DNA of 50,375 nucleotides, the filler included, from Catajapyx aquilonaris (lineage: Eukaryota): NCBI GenBank assembly GCA_000934665.2. It is 2 parts of 2 records of this genome, joined end to end, with 100 filler letters (N's around TTAATTAATTAA, not from the genome) between each part and the next. Parts side by side here need not be neighbours in the genome. Positions count along the whole stretch, not along the records: positions 25,111 to 50,375 come from JYFJ02005401.1; 1 more part is not named here. One strand, 5' to 3'. Positions 25,111-37,929 of this stretch are shown one piece after another. The notes under the pieces are model-generated. The model saw only the letters and a list, made by a program, of their open reading frames with translations, ran no database searches and was not told the origin of the DNA. Each line of letters begins with the position of its first letter. The stretch's first letter is position 1. Position numbers and translations under genes: made by a program.

Positions 25111-25442
25111 AAAAAAAGCAAGAGGTTTACACTAATGACACAAGATGTCAGTATAGGACGGGCTAAGGAGAGCGCGGCAAATTCAAACGTGCCACCAACC
25201 AAAACACACAGTATAGGAATATTGCTAATTTTGTCTAATTTTACATTAATATTGCCGATAGATACTGCTGGGGGTTTATCTGTTTCAGGTGATATACATG
25301 TAATTTGCAGTACATCGTTTAGTCAGGCCAAGCCATGAAAGCCATCCGGTGAGAACTTACTTTTCACAAGTTCTTTAAGTTATTAAAAAATTCACTAGAA
25401 CGGGGAAATGTTTGTATACAAACTGATGCTAGTCAATAATAA

Positions 25443-26564
25443 CACTGATCGACGATGATTTTGTAACATGAACAATTTTAGCCGTTTCCTATGTATTAGT
25501 AGGCGCTGATTCCGAATATGAGGTCAGAAAGTGTCCATCACCCTCAATTTTTCTGTAACAGACCTCCCTAATTTTGCAAAAAAAATTATGCACATCAATC
25601 ATTGTCACTAATATATTGGTCAAAATGGCTTTGCTATGCGAGCAGCTGTGTCTTATGCATTCATAGTCTGATTCGGCATATGAAATCTGATATTTTCTAT
25701 CAGCCTTCATTTTCTTGTAGCAAACCTTACTTCCCCGTACTTTGCATAACTCAATGTCACCAATATATTGGTCAACAATGGTTTTGTTAAATATTGCGCA
25801 ATTTTAGCTCTTTCTGATGCATCCCTAGGCACTGATTTTGAATATGAAGTTAGAAATCTTTTATCGGCATCCGTTTTCTAGTAACAAAAGTAGGCCCTAC
25901 TTTGCATAGCTCAATATCACCAGTTTATAGGCCACCAATGGCTTTGTTACAAGATCAATTTTTAGCTGCTGCTTATGCATTCATATAGGCACTGATATTG
26001 AATATTAAGTCAGAAAAATTCTATCAGCATCAATTTTCTTGTAACAAATCTACCTTTTGTACTGCACATTGCTCAAGGACACCTTATGCATATTTAAAAT
26101 AATATGCTTCCATATGAGGATTTCGGCTTTTCTATTGCTATCACAATAAGGATAACATAGGTATAATACCTATTAATTATTAAGCCCCATTAGTCATTAC
26201 CTACTCACAAATTACAAATTATGTGAGATTTGAAAGTGCATGACATTGCTACCATAAAAAATGCTGATTACTCAAAAACTCTTGAGTGATAGGAAAAGTT
26301 TGGATATGCGAAATCCGCGCACAAAATACAATAGGAATCGCATATTCATGAATATGTATCCAAAAGAAGTTCAATTTTGTCCATAATTTAGTTATATTAT
26401 TAAGGGAAGTTATTTTCTACCTTAAAAATGACGATTACACTAAAACTGTGGGTGATAGAAAGAATCGGTTAATATATTTGAAATCAGTGCAAAAGATACA
26501 ACAGGTATCTCATATTCACGTACATGACTTGTAACATAAAAAAACACAATTTTGTCGGTCAATG
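25443..26564. mobile_element. Chapaev3-like non-autonomous DNA transposon with internal ~160-bp tandem repeats
   Basis: TAA-CACTGATCGAC ... GTCGGTCAATG-TAA (3-bp TAA TSD). Four diverged repeats containing CTGATT..GAATATGA.GTCAGAAA at ~25480-26050, with related inverted units near the right end. Confidence 0.7.
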
Positions 26565-26726
26565 TAACTCAACAAACCTCTCAAGCGTATCGATTATTGC
26601 TAAGTAGTGATAGTGGGCATGGGGAAAATTGCATGAAAAGCTGGCATTTTAGTGTCGCCTTGAGTTTGATTCAGTGGCAAATGCTGAGTTGAATTTGCAT
26701 CAGTTGCTGAACGATTTACTGCTGTA

Positions 26727-26800
26727 CAAGGTGTTTCCTGCATAAATGATTCTTTTGCTCTGGAATTATTAGTTTTTCTGAATCTTCACGAAACACCTTG
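26727..26800. mobile_element. Tiny Tc1/mariner-type MITE
   Basis: TA-CAAGGTGTTTC ... GAAACACCTTG-TA. Confidence 0.55.
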
Positions 26801-26856
26801 TATTCCAACATTCTGTTTCATAATGAAACCCACAAGTCAAGACAGCTCAGTTAATA

Positions 26857-27040
26857 CAGTTGAATCTGGATATAACAGCCTCGGCTATAACAGACATTCG
26901 GTTATAGCATAGCCTACTCGACAGGCTGGTCCCAGCATACATCCATATATTATGGTTAGTGTATTCGGCTATAACAGACCTTGGTTATAACAGACTGATT
27001 TCCTTGGTTCCTTGAAGTCTGTTATATCCTGATTAAACTG
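26857..27040. mobile_element. pogo/Tigger-type MITE
   Basis: TA-CAGTTGAATCTGGATATAACAG ... CTGTTATATCCTGATTAAACTG-TA, with internal CGG(C/T)TATAAC repeats. Confidence 0.8.
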
Positions 27041-28055
27041 TACCTTATTTGATGGAGCTTATGAAGTTGCTTTTTAGATTCAGAAATTCCAAGTTTTGAT
27101 TTTATCATACACTTTAAATTTGTGTTAATGTATGAGTAGTTTTAAGGAAATCTAAAGAGGGGATTATCTGATGAGGTTATTGTGGCAATAGTGGCATTGT
27201 CAGTGAAAAGTAATACTCGTAAACATCTATTTAAGGGCTGGGAATGAAGATGTTCACCACTTTATGCTTAAGTGTTAGAATAAAGAAAATGATTTCACCT
27301 AACATAGATAAGGCATCCATTGAAATTCCCATGGAGGAACTTCTTATGGTGCTGATAAATATTTTAAGACTTGAAAAGTTGAAAGATTCCTAATGATAAT
27401 ATTTTGAATGATATTTACCTCTTCATGTGGTATCTGTTGCCTCTGTGACATGTCCGATGAATTGCAAGTGAATATTATGATCTATCATTGTGGGTGTTAC
27501 ATTTCTGAAAAAAAAGTAATACCCAGATAACATTTCCATGCCAGTAGTACACTTGACAGAGTCTGTCCTGTGTTGGTGATTCTTTTTTAGGCAAAGATGC
27601 AGATTATTGTTCCAGTTGTTACCTGCTTTTGAAGGATTCTTTAGCATATTTTTAAAATTACTATTGATTGCCTAGATTACCAAATTGTGCCTTTTATTAA
27701 TTTTAACCATCTGCAAACGTGAAGTACTTAGGTTAATAGGTTATCATAGTAGGGGGTATTCAGGTAAGGCCGTGAATTGGATCTGACTTAGGCCACGAGA
27801 ATGGCTACATCTGGCCTGCAACCTTGGCATTGCAAGCTAGTCAAATAAGAAGCGAAACAGCAATTTTCTAGTCAAAACTGGAATAACTGTAGTCTGAATG
27901 TGCAGTTCATTAACTTACCTGAGAAGATGTACATTAAGAGCTGACTCTCATGTCTTATTATTGACTGGGGTTGGATAGGGCAGGTTTACAGCATGTCTCG
28001 CCATGAATGTGATGGACCATACAATGACGGGACAATAGAGAGGGGGAGTAGTCCC

Positions 28056-29012
28056 CAGGGTATAACTGAACTCAGTGCACAGACGTATATGACTGCCTTC
28101 CTAGGCACCAGAGGATCGATTTAGGTAGAGGAGTCATTATGTCTGGGCCGCCGCATTACCGAGATAATTGCCCCCAAACATGTAGTACAAAAATAATATC
28201 CTGTCGGTTAGGCCACTCATCGAACCCTCCCCCAGTCAGAAGGAGCGATTAGGCAAAAACGTTGTGTTGTGGTTTGTAATTTCATTTGGTTCTGAATGTC
28301 GCTGTTAATTTTGAAGAGCACTGGCACTTTCACTGCTATTTACAAATCACTCTTTAGCCAAATCGCTAACTATCAGGTGGGTCGATTATCTCGGTAATGC
28401 GGCGGCCCAGACATAATGACTCCTCCACCTAAATCGATCCTCTGGTGCCTAGTAAGGCAGTCATATACAGGGTGTAAATGAATTCGGGGGACAAACTTGT
28501 AGGGGTAATAGAGGGGACCAAGACAAACATATTTGACCTAGGAACCCGTGTCCGGAAACGCCATCTAGAGGGGGTTCATAGACGAGGAACGGGTGCGCTC
28601 AGGCGCGTCACGCGGGAGGCGCTAACGAGCGGACCGTTTAGTTGCTAGGTGGCGTGCGGATTGTACACAACTTCGCAATTTGCCATAACCTGGCAACAAC
28701 AGAGCCACCTAACAACTAAAGTCAGCATGCTTAGGTAGCGCACAGATAATAAACAACAACTCTGTTGTTGCCAAGTTATGGCGAATTGCTGAGTTGTGTA
28801 CAATCCGCGCGCCACCTAGCAACTAAACGCCGCCCGCCTGACGCGTCTGAGCGCACCCATTCCTAGTCTATGAACCCCCTCTAGACGGCGTTTCCGGACA
28901 CGGGTCCCTAGGTCAAATATGTTTGTCTTGGTCCCCTCTATTACCCCTACAAGTTTTTCCCCCGAATTCATTTACACCCTTATGTCTGTGCACTGAGTTC
29001 AGTTACACCCTG
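28056..29012. mobile_element. Tc1/mariner-type MITE (CAGGGT termini, ~115-bp TIRs), right TIR interrupted by a second MITE
   Basis: CAGGGTATAACTGAACTCAGTGCACAGAC-GTATATGACTGCC... is inverted in two pieces at 28385-28467 and 28981-29012. Confidence 0.88.
28468..28980. mobile_element. Foldback Tc1/mariner-type MITE nested at a TA
   Basis: TA-CAGGGTGTAAATGAATTCGGGGG ... CCCCCGAATTCATTTACACCCT-TA; arms of ~230 bp pair almost to the centre. Confidence 0.9.
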
Positions 29013-29164
29013 TATATATTTTTGAAGAGGAAAAATCTTGTCAATTGTCATAGGGAGCCATACAATAATTAAAAAGATGTTTATGGATGTTTGGGTTTCC
29101 TAGCGAGTGAATAACCTTGCATATTTCCAGCTTTTTGTTACACTGCCACCTTTTTTGCATGCAG

Positions 29165-29510
29165 GCCTGCAAGAAAACTGGCATTCCGAGTAGTTTCATG
29201 GATCCAGTGGAAGGCCCTGAAGTTCCCGGGGCTATGATTACTCCCACTGGTGACTTTTCAGTGCCTACGGTGGACCAGTAAGTAATTTATGTACTTACGC
29301 AGTGTAAGCAAAGATGTACCAAGTAATGTAATTTCACATGATCTCTCAGCAGCGAGGCATACAAAGAGCAGAAGGAGGAGAAGCCGGCTGCAACACCGAA
29401 TTCAGAGGATAAGCCGGAGATCCCCGAAGATCTGCGCTGCAGTGTGTGCAGTAATATTCTAGATAATGCCGTCATAACTCCGTGCTGCGGCGAATCCTGC
29501 TGCGGCGAAT
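29165..29510 (+). CDS. RBBP6: RBBP6/SNAMA-like E3 ligase: linker exon (29165-29277) and first RING exon (29353-29510)
   Basis: KKTGIPSSFMDPVEGPEVPGAMITPTGDFSVPTVDH-EAYKE...PEIPEDLRCSVCSNILDNAVITPCCGESCCGEC matches the RBBP6 TGIPxSFM linker and RING start. GT-AG intron; NAGNAG acceptor at 29347-29352. Confidence 0.85.
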
Positions 29511-30014
29511 GTAAGTTGTCTGATTTCACGTCGGGGTAGGGAACTGACAATGTCTTGCACTTTTGTATTATGATTGATTATGTATTATTGTATTATGATT
29601 GAAAAAGCCTGAAAAGGCCAGTTTTACACATAATGAAGGACCTACATGGTCTGGAATAACCCCGTTAATATCTGACTAAGTCCTTGTCGTAGCAGCATAA
29701 CTTATACGGTAATTACATATGCCAATACTGACTTGTGATTTTAAACAACAATTGTCTCCTAATTGCTGGAATTGCTATTGGCCAGTAGCCTTGAAGATAT
29801 TTGGAGAGAAAAGTGGTAGATTTTTTGGTTGGAAAACGGAGTTGCGGCTTGTTGGGAGGGAAGGGCCAAGCAGATCGTGACTCGCGATTCGTACGTGCCC
29901 TGCCTTCAGGTTCAATGTTCAGTCAAGTTTTAAAAGGTGGGGAAGAGGAATGGGTTGACAAAGGCTCAACGTAATGAACGATTGCTCGTGTCTGGGCAGA
30001 TGGTCCAAAAGAGC

Positions 30015-30448
30015 ACGTGTGTGAAGTTGGCTCACCACCTACGACAGACGCATAAAAAAGTATTGACCCGGAAGTGGGGGGGGGGGGCAATGGCCCCAAT
30101 GACCCAGGTCAGTTTGACCTTTGACCCCTCATAGAACCCGAGATATCGAGGGTCAAAGATTGGTGAGCCAGGTTCACGCTGGCTCACCACCTACGAAAAA
30201 TGCACAAAAAAGTATTGACCCGGAAGGGGGGACCAATGACCCCAATGACCCAGGTGAGTTTGACCTTTGACCCCTCATAGAACCCGAGATATCGAGGGTC
30301 AAAGTAGGGACGTGTGTGAAGTTGGCTCACCACCTATGACAGACGCGCAAAAAAAAGTAATGACCCGGAAGGGAGGGCCTATGGCCCCCAATGACCCAGT
30401 CAGTTTGACCTTTGACCCCTCATAGAACCCGAGATATCGAGGTCAAAG
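30015..30448. repeat. Three tandem ~140-bp repeats
   Basis: Unit GGCTCACCACCTA..GACCCGGAAG..CCCCAATGACCCAG..TTTGACCTTTGACCCCTCATAGAACCCGAGATATCGAGG(G)TCAAAG occurs three times. Confidence 0.92.
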
Positions 30449-31549
30449 ACTCGTGCGCATAGAGGGGGTGCTTCGGAATAAAATCCACCCTGTGGTAATT
30501 AATGTCAGTTTATTAAATTCTGTAACTCTCAAGTCTGTTGGAGGATCGACGGAACTTACGTCGACGCGAAGCGGTCTCGCCTGGGCTGGTTAATCGCAAT
30601 TAAGTGTCGATATTGTAATCACCGGCATGGGGCACTCCATCCCTACAGATCGTACCGAGGAGATTTCCATATTACTTAATTATTAGTCTCCAGATATGGA
30701 TAATTACATCGGGCCATGTGTTTGCATTTCGGACTTGAGAGGCCACGAGTCACTCAGGCCTGTCATCAATAAATTGGTGAAGGTCTTACGTGCGCCTGCC
30801 TTGTTTCAGTACTTTCATTCCGCCACGGAGGTCTTACGAACCTTTTTTCACTCAAGGGAAAGTTTTTGCTCTTATTTATAAATAAACCTCGGACAATAAT
30901 CCTATGCCATCACCCCATTGAATAAATTGTTCAATAGGTCAATGCAATTACCTTATTCCAAAGAGTTTTCCCATTTGCACAATTCACCTTATCAGTCGTA
31001 AGTTGTCTATTGTGCCAAACGTGTCACATACTGCCGAAAGTAACACGTATTAAGCATCGACTAAATATGGAAAATACATTCCAAGATATGTATGATACCT
31101 AAGATATATTAATAATGTGACGCTATATTCATTGATCTAATTTGTACAGGTTCCCAAAGTTGTCATCACAATGTTACGGGAAATGAAACCATTCTTAATA
31201 TTTCAACTGAGTTTTAAAAAGATCATCTAATATACTTTCACACATTTGACGATTTCTTGTTGCTACGTTCATTATTAAATAAGCATGAACCATTCTGGCC
31301 ATCATAATAACAGTGCCGCGAGGTTTACGGAACGGAGAAGACGGACAAAAATCATAACTCAATATTCATTGCAGGAACAGAGTACCTTTTGTATGCAATT
31401 TATGCGCCTTATCCAAAATCATTATTCCTTAGCCATTACACAGTGAAAAACATCAGTATATGTACAGTACCGTATATCATGTAACATAATTATGCGAAAA
31501 ATGAACAGGTGAAATAACTAAATGTTACGATTGTAAGATATGCACGTGT

Positions 31550-31550
<1 letters not shown>

Positions 31551-31600
<50 letters not shown>

Positions 31601-31918
31601 GGGTATAGCCGTACCCCTATTGGGGTCTTGCCGGACCTTTATTAATCGTCAGAATACGGTTCCTACTTATACAGCGCCCGGGCCCAGGGGCAGGGAGGGA
31701 TGACAGGAGGGGATCTGCAAGTGCAGTGCCTTGTCCGCATGTGGTCGTTTCGTGAGCTCCCCTGGGTGGATTAGTCTGTGGATATTCCACCCGAGACGAA
31801 GTCAGAGACGACACTCTACGCTGCACGAGATGAAGGGGGGTGTCCCCGGGTTGGGATCGAACCCGGGACCTTAACATCCGTGGGCGCGAACGTTACCGTT
31901 GCGCCACTCCGCCTCCCC
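31551..31918 (-). mobile_element. tRNA-derived SINE with (ATT)n tail
   Basis: Minus strand: A-box TGGCGCAACGG, B-box GGTTCGATCCC; the 3' tail is the (AAT)n run at 31551-31600. Confidence 0.82.
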
Positions 31919-32816
31919 TCTATATGCATGTGTTTATGGCGCATGCCAAAATGTTTGATAAGTAAATCAGGAAAATCTAAGACCAATCTGAGGATCACGA
32001 AATTTCTGGCTATTCCGAATAACATCTTCCAAATTCTCGTTATAATTTAGGCAAAATAGTCCAGTATGTAGCGGTACGTTAGGTGGCATGGGGAATAAAG
32101 TACAAGGGTGGGCTAATAACTAGTATTTTACAATATGGTACATAAATACAGTGAGAAGGAGAAGAAAAGAAGGAAGAACCTGATCAGGCAAAGGATAGAA
32201 AGAAAGAGCGATGAGCCCACCAGTCCACTTCCTATTAATTGAGTATTTCTCCCTGGGGGTGAGGAAGGACTGGTGTAAGTAATACTTATTATTTTGTGTC
32301 GCTGTTGTTCAAAGCACTATGCAAGGCTCAGGAGCTAACATATTTTCTAGGAAACAATTGCTGCGTTTGGTTCGTTTGCTCTCGTAGATTTTTGATACCA
32401 TTGCTTCCTTCAGTCTGGAAAAGGAACCACCGAAATACCAATAGCATGCAGAGGGTGGGGATCTATGTTCAAAATTTGGAAGCTCTACCTAGAGCTGAAC
32501 TTGAGTTAGGGCGAATAAAAAAAGGGTAACAAGATGTTGAAAAAATTCATAGTTGAAAAATTGTTGTACGGTCTTACTTAGGGGCTACAGCCCTTAAAAT
32601 TAACTCGCGAGGAAACATAATTTGCACTTTCCATTTTTGTCCACAGGACGAAACACTGTGGATGATTGTATTATTCAGATATTTTCCCTGGGGAGTTTAG
32701 CATAATTATGGATATTTTCTGTTGCTAATAAAAAAGAAATTTGTAAAACATGTGGGACATTCCTTAATTTTCGGTCCAGATTTCAGAAAATGAGTCAATG
32801 TCCTGGATAGAGCATT

Positions 32817-32955
32817 CTTTGACCCGCGATATCTCGGGTTATATGAGGGGTCAAAGGTCAAACTGACCTGGGTCATTGGGGTCATTGGCCCCCCCTTCCG
32901 GGTCAATACTTTTCTTGCGCATCTGTCGTAGGTGGTGAGCCAACTTCACACACGT
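32817..32955. repeat. Inverted copy of the 30015-30448 repeat unit
   Basis: Reverse complement of the unit above. Confidence 0.9.
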
Positions 32956-33755
32956 CAAAAGAGCAAGCAAAATTAATAGCCCAAAAACTTGGTATGGCAA
33001 AACTTAGCCTTTCAAATGGGTGGCTGGAAAGTTTCCGCAACAGGCACAGAATTTCGCGGAAAAAAGAGTGAGGTGTGTGTGTGTGTGTGTGTGTGTGTGG
33101 TGGAGCTCCAAAAAAAAAGGCCTGATTTTCGGCAATTGTCAAAGTTTCTCGATTTTTTCCCTCCCAATGCAATGGTATTGCGCAATGTGGCTGAAACATG
33201 ATATGCAGCATTATGATATGTGTCTGTACTACATCTGTGATTATTTTCACCAAGAACCGAGATGATGTAAAAACATTTTGGCTCACTTGATTCGACAAGA
33301 CCCTTAGTAAACCGGTCCAAACTTTCAATCGATATATCTCAAAAACTAGAGCTGATGGATGGAGCGGATGGAGCGGATGCCAGTTTTGGATCAGCGCCAC
33401 AGATATACCCTAAAATTGGTCCAATCTTCAAGGCACCAAAATGTGTGTTCCCCAGTGCTACATGTAGACTATTAACAACTGAGTGGAGGTGCAGGAACAG
33501 GGTAGGAACGGACAGTGCGCATCCATTCATGTCGACACTCGGCGCGGCCTCTAAATACTGTCCAATTTCACTCTGATTTCGCACACACCCAGTACAGAAA
33601 TGAAGGAACAGAATGAGCAGGATCCGTCCCAGGATTTCCTAGTGTGAAAGCTGTGGTTAGCGGTACAATGCGCGGGGAAAGCGAAAATTCGAAAAATTTC
33701 GGAACTTCAAGGTCACGGCGCGACCTCTAAATATTATCCGATATTATCCGATATT

Positions 33756-34171
33756 ACCGAAGCAGCAGTAGCTGAGGGGATTTGGTATCCGGCTGCAAAT
33801 CGGGAGGTCCAGGGATCAAATCCCCAGGCCGGCAACTCTGACCGTGGTTTTCTGTGGTTTCCCACGGTCACCCCCAGGTGAATACCGGAGTTGTTTCCTA
33901 ATCGTAGGCCACAGCCGCTTCCTGCCTTCCCTATCCCTGCCCCGTACTGGAGGAGGTGCGGCGTTTGTGGGAGGCCTCTTACCCGCACCTAGAGGGTCGT
34001 CTTTCAACCTAGCCCTCTGGGGGACTGCACACGGCCTCCGCCATGAGACATTGCACTTGCACCACTGTCCCCCCCTCCATTCCAGCACCGGAGAGTTAGA
34101 AAATGGTAGAAAAAGACCTCCCCCCTACATAAGCCAGAAGGCTTCAAGGGTGTAATTAAAAAAAAAAAAAA
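33756..34171 (+). mobile_element. tRNA-derived SINE with poly(A) tail and 11-bp TSD
   Basis: A-box-like TAGCTGAGGGG, B-box-like GGATCAAATCC, central GTTTTCTGTGGTTTCCC...GGCCACAGCCGCTTCCT block, A-tail, and TATCCGATATT at 33745 and 34172. Confidence 0.85.
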
Positions 34172-34416
34172 TATCCGATATTGTCTATATTTGGCGAAAG
34201 CCTTTTTTTTGTCAAAAGGAAACGTTTCATGAGAATCCATGCTGACTTTTCAAACTTTCGTCATTTTTGGACAACCCTACTGTTCATTATGGAAACATTT
34301 TTAGGGTCCGTGCGATTCCGTAATACACAGGTTTCACTATAATAAATTGATATACAGTATGAGCCTGAACGTTATAAGTGAAACTGTGCTAATTTAATTG
34401 GTCTCGTTATGGGCAG

Positions 34417-34574
34417 GTGTGAGGACAGTCCTGCTGGAATCGGAGGAGCACCAGTGCCCCAAATGCAATGAGAAGGAAGTCTCACCAGACGCGCTAATCC
34501 CCAACAGGTTCCTCAGGAATGCCGTCAACGACTTCAAGAACCAAACAAGCTACGGCAAGAATGTGGTCAGTTAA
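34417..34574 (+). CDS. RBBP6: RBBP6-like second RING exon, then a stop codon (or splice at 34565)
   Basis: C-VRTVLLESEEHQCPKCNEKEVSPDALIPNRFLRNAVNDFKNQTSYGKNVVS*; phase-1 junction matches the exon ending at 29510. Confidence 0.88.
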
Positions 34575-35394
34575 ACATGGGGGGCGATGGTGGCTATGGG
34601 GTGATTCCAGGTGAGATCAGATAACGATGTCCATCCTGCATTTTTTTAGAATTTTGAAATTTTGGCGTACAGAAACGTTATGTTCACATGTGAGTGTGTG
34701 AATTTTTTCGATCAGCTTGCATCCATAGGTCACGAGCAATGACCCAATGAAAATTTGCATGATTGTGCTAAAATTTGATCATCACGTCAACTGCCATATT
34801 TCGGCAACTATTGGCACCACTGACATCGTTGAAGTGAATTTCAATTCTGGAAGGTTTGCCCAAAATTCCTGTACCAAAAAGGATTCTCTTTTTTTGCAAA
34901 ATGTGGCCTCATATTTTGAGGTCAAAATATTTGACCTTTGACCTTTCGACCATAGGAGGCCACAAAAATATGTGAAAAATATTCACATGATCATCCATCC
35001 GTGTTCTATAAATTCCTGAAAATTTCAATTTTGTGGCGCACGTAGTTACGGAGATATAAATTAAATATGGAGGCGGGAGGAAGAAAAATTGCTAAAATTT
35101 CCATTACATATCTGCTCATTTCAGCATTCATGTGCATCGTAAGCATTCTCAAAATGAATGAAAAGTTCTTTGCAACAACGGTACGAATCCTCCTGCTATA
35201 AATTGTATTTGGCTCTTAATGACGCCTCTTGTCGAGGTAAAATTGCGTGACCTTTGACCTTTTTTGCCTGTCAAGTCGAAAAAATACTACAAAATTAACA
35301 TGTGGTCTTCCATCATTTGTTTAGTACGTGATCTTACAATCTCAATTGTGTTTTTCTAGTACTTTCGGAAATAAAAAATAATTAAATAGGATGA

Positions 35395-35804
35395 CTATTA
35401 TTATTATTATTATGATGATGATGATGATGATGACGACGATAATAATAATAATAATAATAATAATACAACAACAACAACAACACGACATTTCCCTATGAGG
35501 GGTAGTCAGCGATGAAGGGAGACGCAAGCTAACCCAACATAATTATGAACTAATAAAACTCATGAGAATAAACCTAAAAAACAACCCGTCCCACCCCCCA
35601 CCCCTCCCCACCTCAGACATCACCTTATCCTCAGACATATTTACCTATTTACCCATTAATTAACCTACGCCATTTACACCTATCCAAACAAACAACCCTA
35701 GCCTCAGCCACGTCCATGGTCCTATTGACACATGAACGTCTCGGCTTAACACTAGCAACACCCTTAAGACACTGACCCACCTGGTCCAACCATGTCTTCC
35801 GTCC
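35395..35804 (-). mobile_element. 5'-truncated RTE-type LINE 3' end with microsatellite tail
   Basis: 35804-35649 encodes GRKTWLDQVGQCLKGVASVKPRRSCVNRTMDVAEARVVCLDRCKWRRLING*, resembling the RTE ORF C-terminus (W.D ... DR..WR). It is followed by a 3'UTR and trinucleotide tail; the same 3' end recurs at ~46314-46349. Confidence 0.75.
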
Positions 35805-36215
35805 GTATTCAGATCATAATGATTACTTTAACAATATTACAAAGATATTTACATTACTTTGTGACATGTCACAAAGTCACACCCCAATGTAAAAATATTT
35901 GTAATTGAAGGGGTCGGTGCAATACTGCCCTAACCCTTCAAATGACACAAATTGAGTTTCGCGCACTTCCATATACTACAATCAAATATCTAATAAAGTA
36001 CACTGATGAGATTGTCCAGTTTCTGACATTTGTCGGTGAGAAATCAAACAATGTTTTTCTTGCTGCAAGGTTATGAATGCCTTTTCTGCAGCAAAACCGC
36101 CCTAACCCTCCATCTTCAATTATGGCAGCGCGTAGGTTGCAGCTGCGAGCAGCTGTGTCTCACGAGTCGGGCTTAAATAGTGAGCTTTTGCCTGATGGCA
36201 CCGATGTGGATGAGA

Positions 36216-36976
36216 GTAGGGGAGAGGGCTGTACCATGGAACACTTTTTCAACATTTATTTTTATTTAGTAAAGTTGTTCATGTTTTCAACATGTGAAAC
36301 TGTCCATGTATAAAGCATATTGTTGCCCACACAATGGAACTTACTCATTTTGTATGTGACTAATAACTTTACTAAAAATAATTAATATGTGATAGTGTTG
36401 CAAATGTTCCATGGTACAACATGCTGATGTACCTTGGAACAATCTGATGTATCCTTGGAACAATTTATTTTCCAGCATGATATTAGGCTCAACAATGCAA
36501 ATATTTTATTTCACGTTGTAGTTTTCATTTTTTTCAAAGCCAATTTTGAACACTATTCTTGATGACACCCTGACACAACACCCTAGCTGATGTGTTCCAA
36601 GGTACATGCAGGGCTACTTTTAGAAATGAACTTGCCTCTCTTTCGTGCATTACATGATTGGTAAGTAATAATGATTCAGCACTGTAGACTATTGGTGTAC
36701 ACTTCAGAGCAGAACTTCATCTACTTCAAATCTGTTATATGACAGGAGCAATAATCGACAAAAGGCCTGCCAAAAAACTTACTTTTGAGTATGAAAAAAC
36801 ACTTCCGCCACTCACTGTCACACCCTTCTCCAAAATCGCTACCTGCTAGGGTCTGCTTCCAACTAGGGGGCATATGCATCCTTTGATTCAGAAAGTGGCC
36901 GGTACATGTCAACACGACTGTGGTACATTGAGTGTTACAAGGTACGTTGTACTCAAGGTACAGCCCTCTCCCCTAC
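36216..36976. mobile_element. pogo-like MITE nested in the Sola1-like element
   Basis: GTAGGGGAGAGGGCTGTACC ... GGTACAGCCCTCTCCCCTAC (20-bp perfect inverted repeat). Confidence 0.75.
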
Positions 36977-37221
36977 CTAAGATCCAGAGTTCGATCCTGA
37001 TAATGATGATGTGCAAACAGCAAAATAATAATAATAATACTCGTAGTTGGGTCCTTCAGACAACTTGGTGACTCGACCATCTCATAATTTGATGTAAAAA
37101 TCATTGAAGTGTTGCCAAAAATAAAGTTAAGAGCCTCCCAGGTGAAAATCCCACGGGGATATGGCATCGTCTTTCAGCAACAATGGAGCCGGATTCAGGT
37201 GAAGTTATTGTTGTACCCTCA

Positions 37222-37929
37222 TGTTCATATTATGCCAAATGAACTGGCGTAAGATGAGGAACATTTTGGTGGCAACGGGTTAGCCTAGATTGTAAAATAA
37301 AAATGCTAAAAAAATAGCATTATTGTGCAAAACGGACACATTTCATATGGTCCAATGTCATTGTTAAACACATGCTAAGAGTGTGGAATTAATATGGTAG
37401 GTACATTGTCATCTGATCATTACTACTGTAGGACAACATCAAGGTCAAGCAGACTTGGAGATAATAAATCTCAAATTGTCGGACAAAGCCCTCTATATGC
37501 TACTCCACGTTATTTGATGTTGCGAGTGAACCATTCATGGTAAGTGAACAGTTCTTACACCGCTATGTTATGCATGAAAAGACGCTTCTGGTAACTTAAA
37601 AATTGACCCAGCCCCACATTGAGAAAAATGACCCCAAAGATGACAAAATTAGTGGAAAACGGACACTTCAGAAATCTTATTTCCAAAACTGCTTGACCTG
37701 TGATGTTTTCCTTCGACAGTAGTAATGATCAGATGACAATGTACCTACCATCTTAATTCCACACCCTTAGCATGTGTTTAACAATGACATTGGACAATAT
37801 GAAATGTGTCCGTTTTGCTCAATAATGCGAAATTTTTTAGCATTTTTATTTTACAATCTAGGTTAAACCAGTTGCCACCAAAATGTTCCTCATCTCACGA
37901 CAGTTCATTTGATATCATTTATATGAACA
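37222..37929. mobile_element. Foldback MITE with ~210-bp arms nested in the Sola1-like element
   Basis: TGTTCATA...GATGAGGAACATTTTGGTGGCAAC...CATTACTACTGT is inverted at ACAGTAGTAATG...GTTGCCACCAAAATGTTCCTCATC...TATGAACA. Confidence 0.85.

Noticed and set aside
30015..30448. Regularly spaced repeats suggesting a CRISPR array
   Set aside because: Units are ~140 bp with no unique spacers, there are no cas genes, and the context is eukaryotic.
31840..31918. tRNA gene-like A/B boxes (also at 33756 and 46629)
   Set aside because: No complete cloverleaf or poly-T terminator; each continues into a SINE body and tail.
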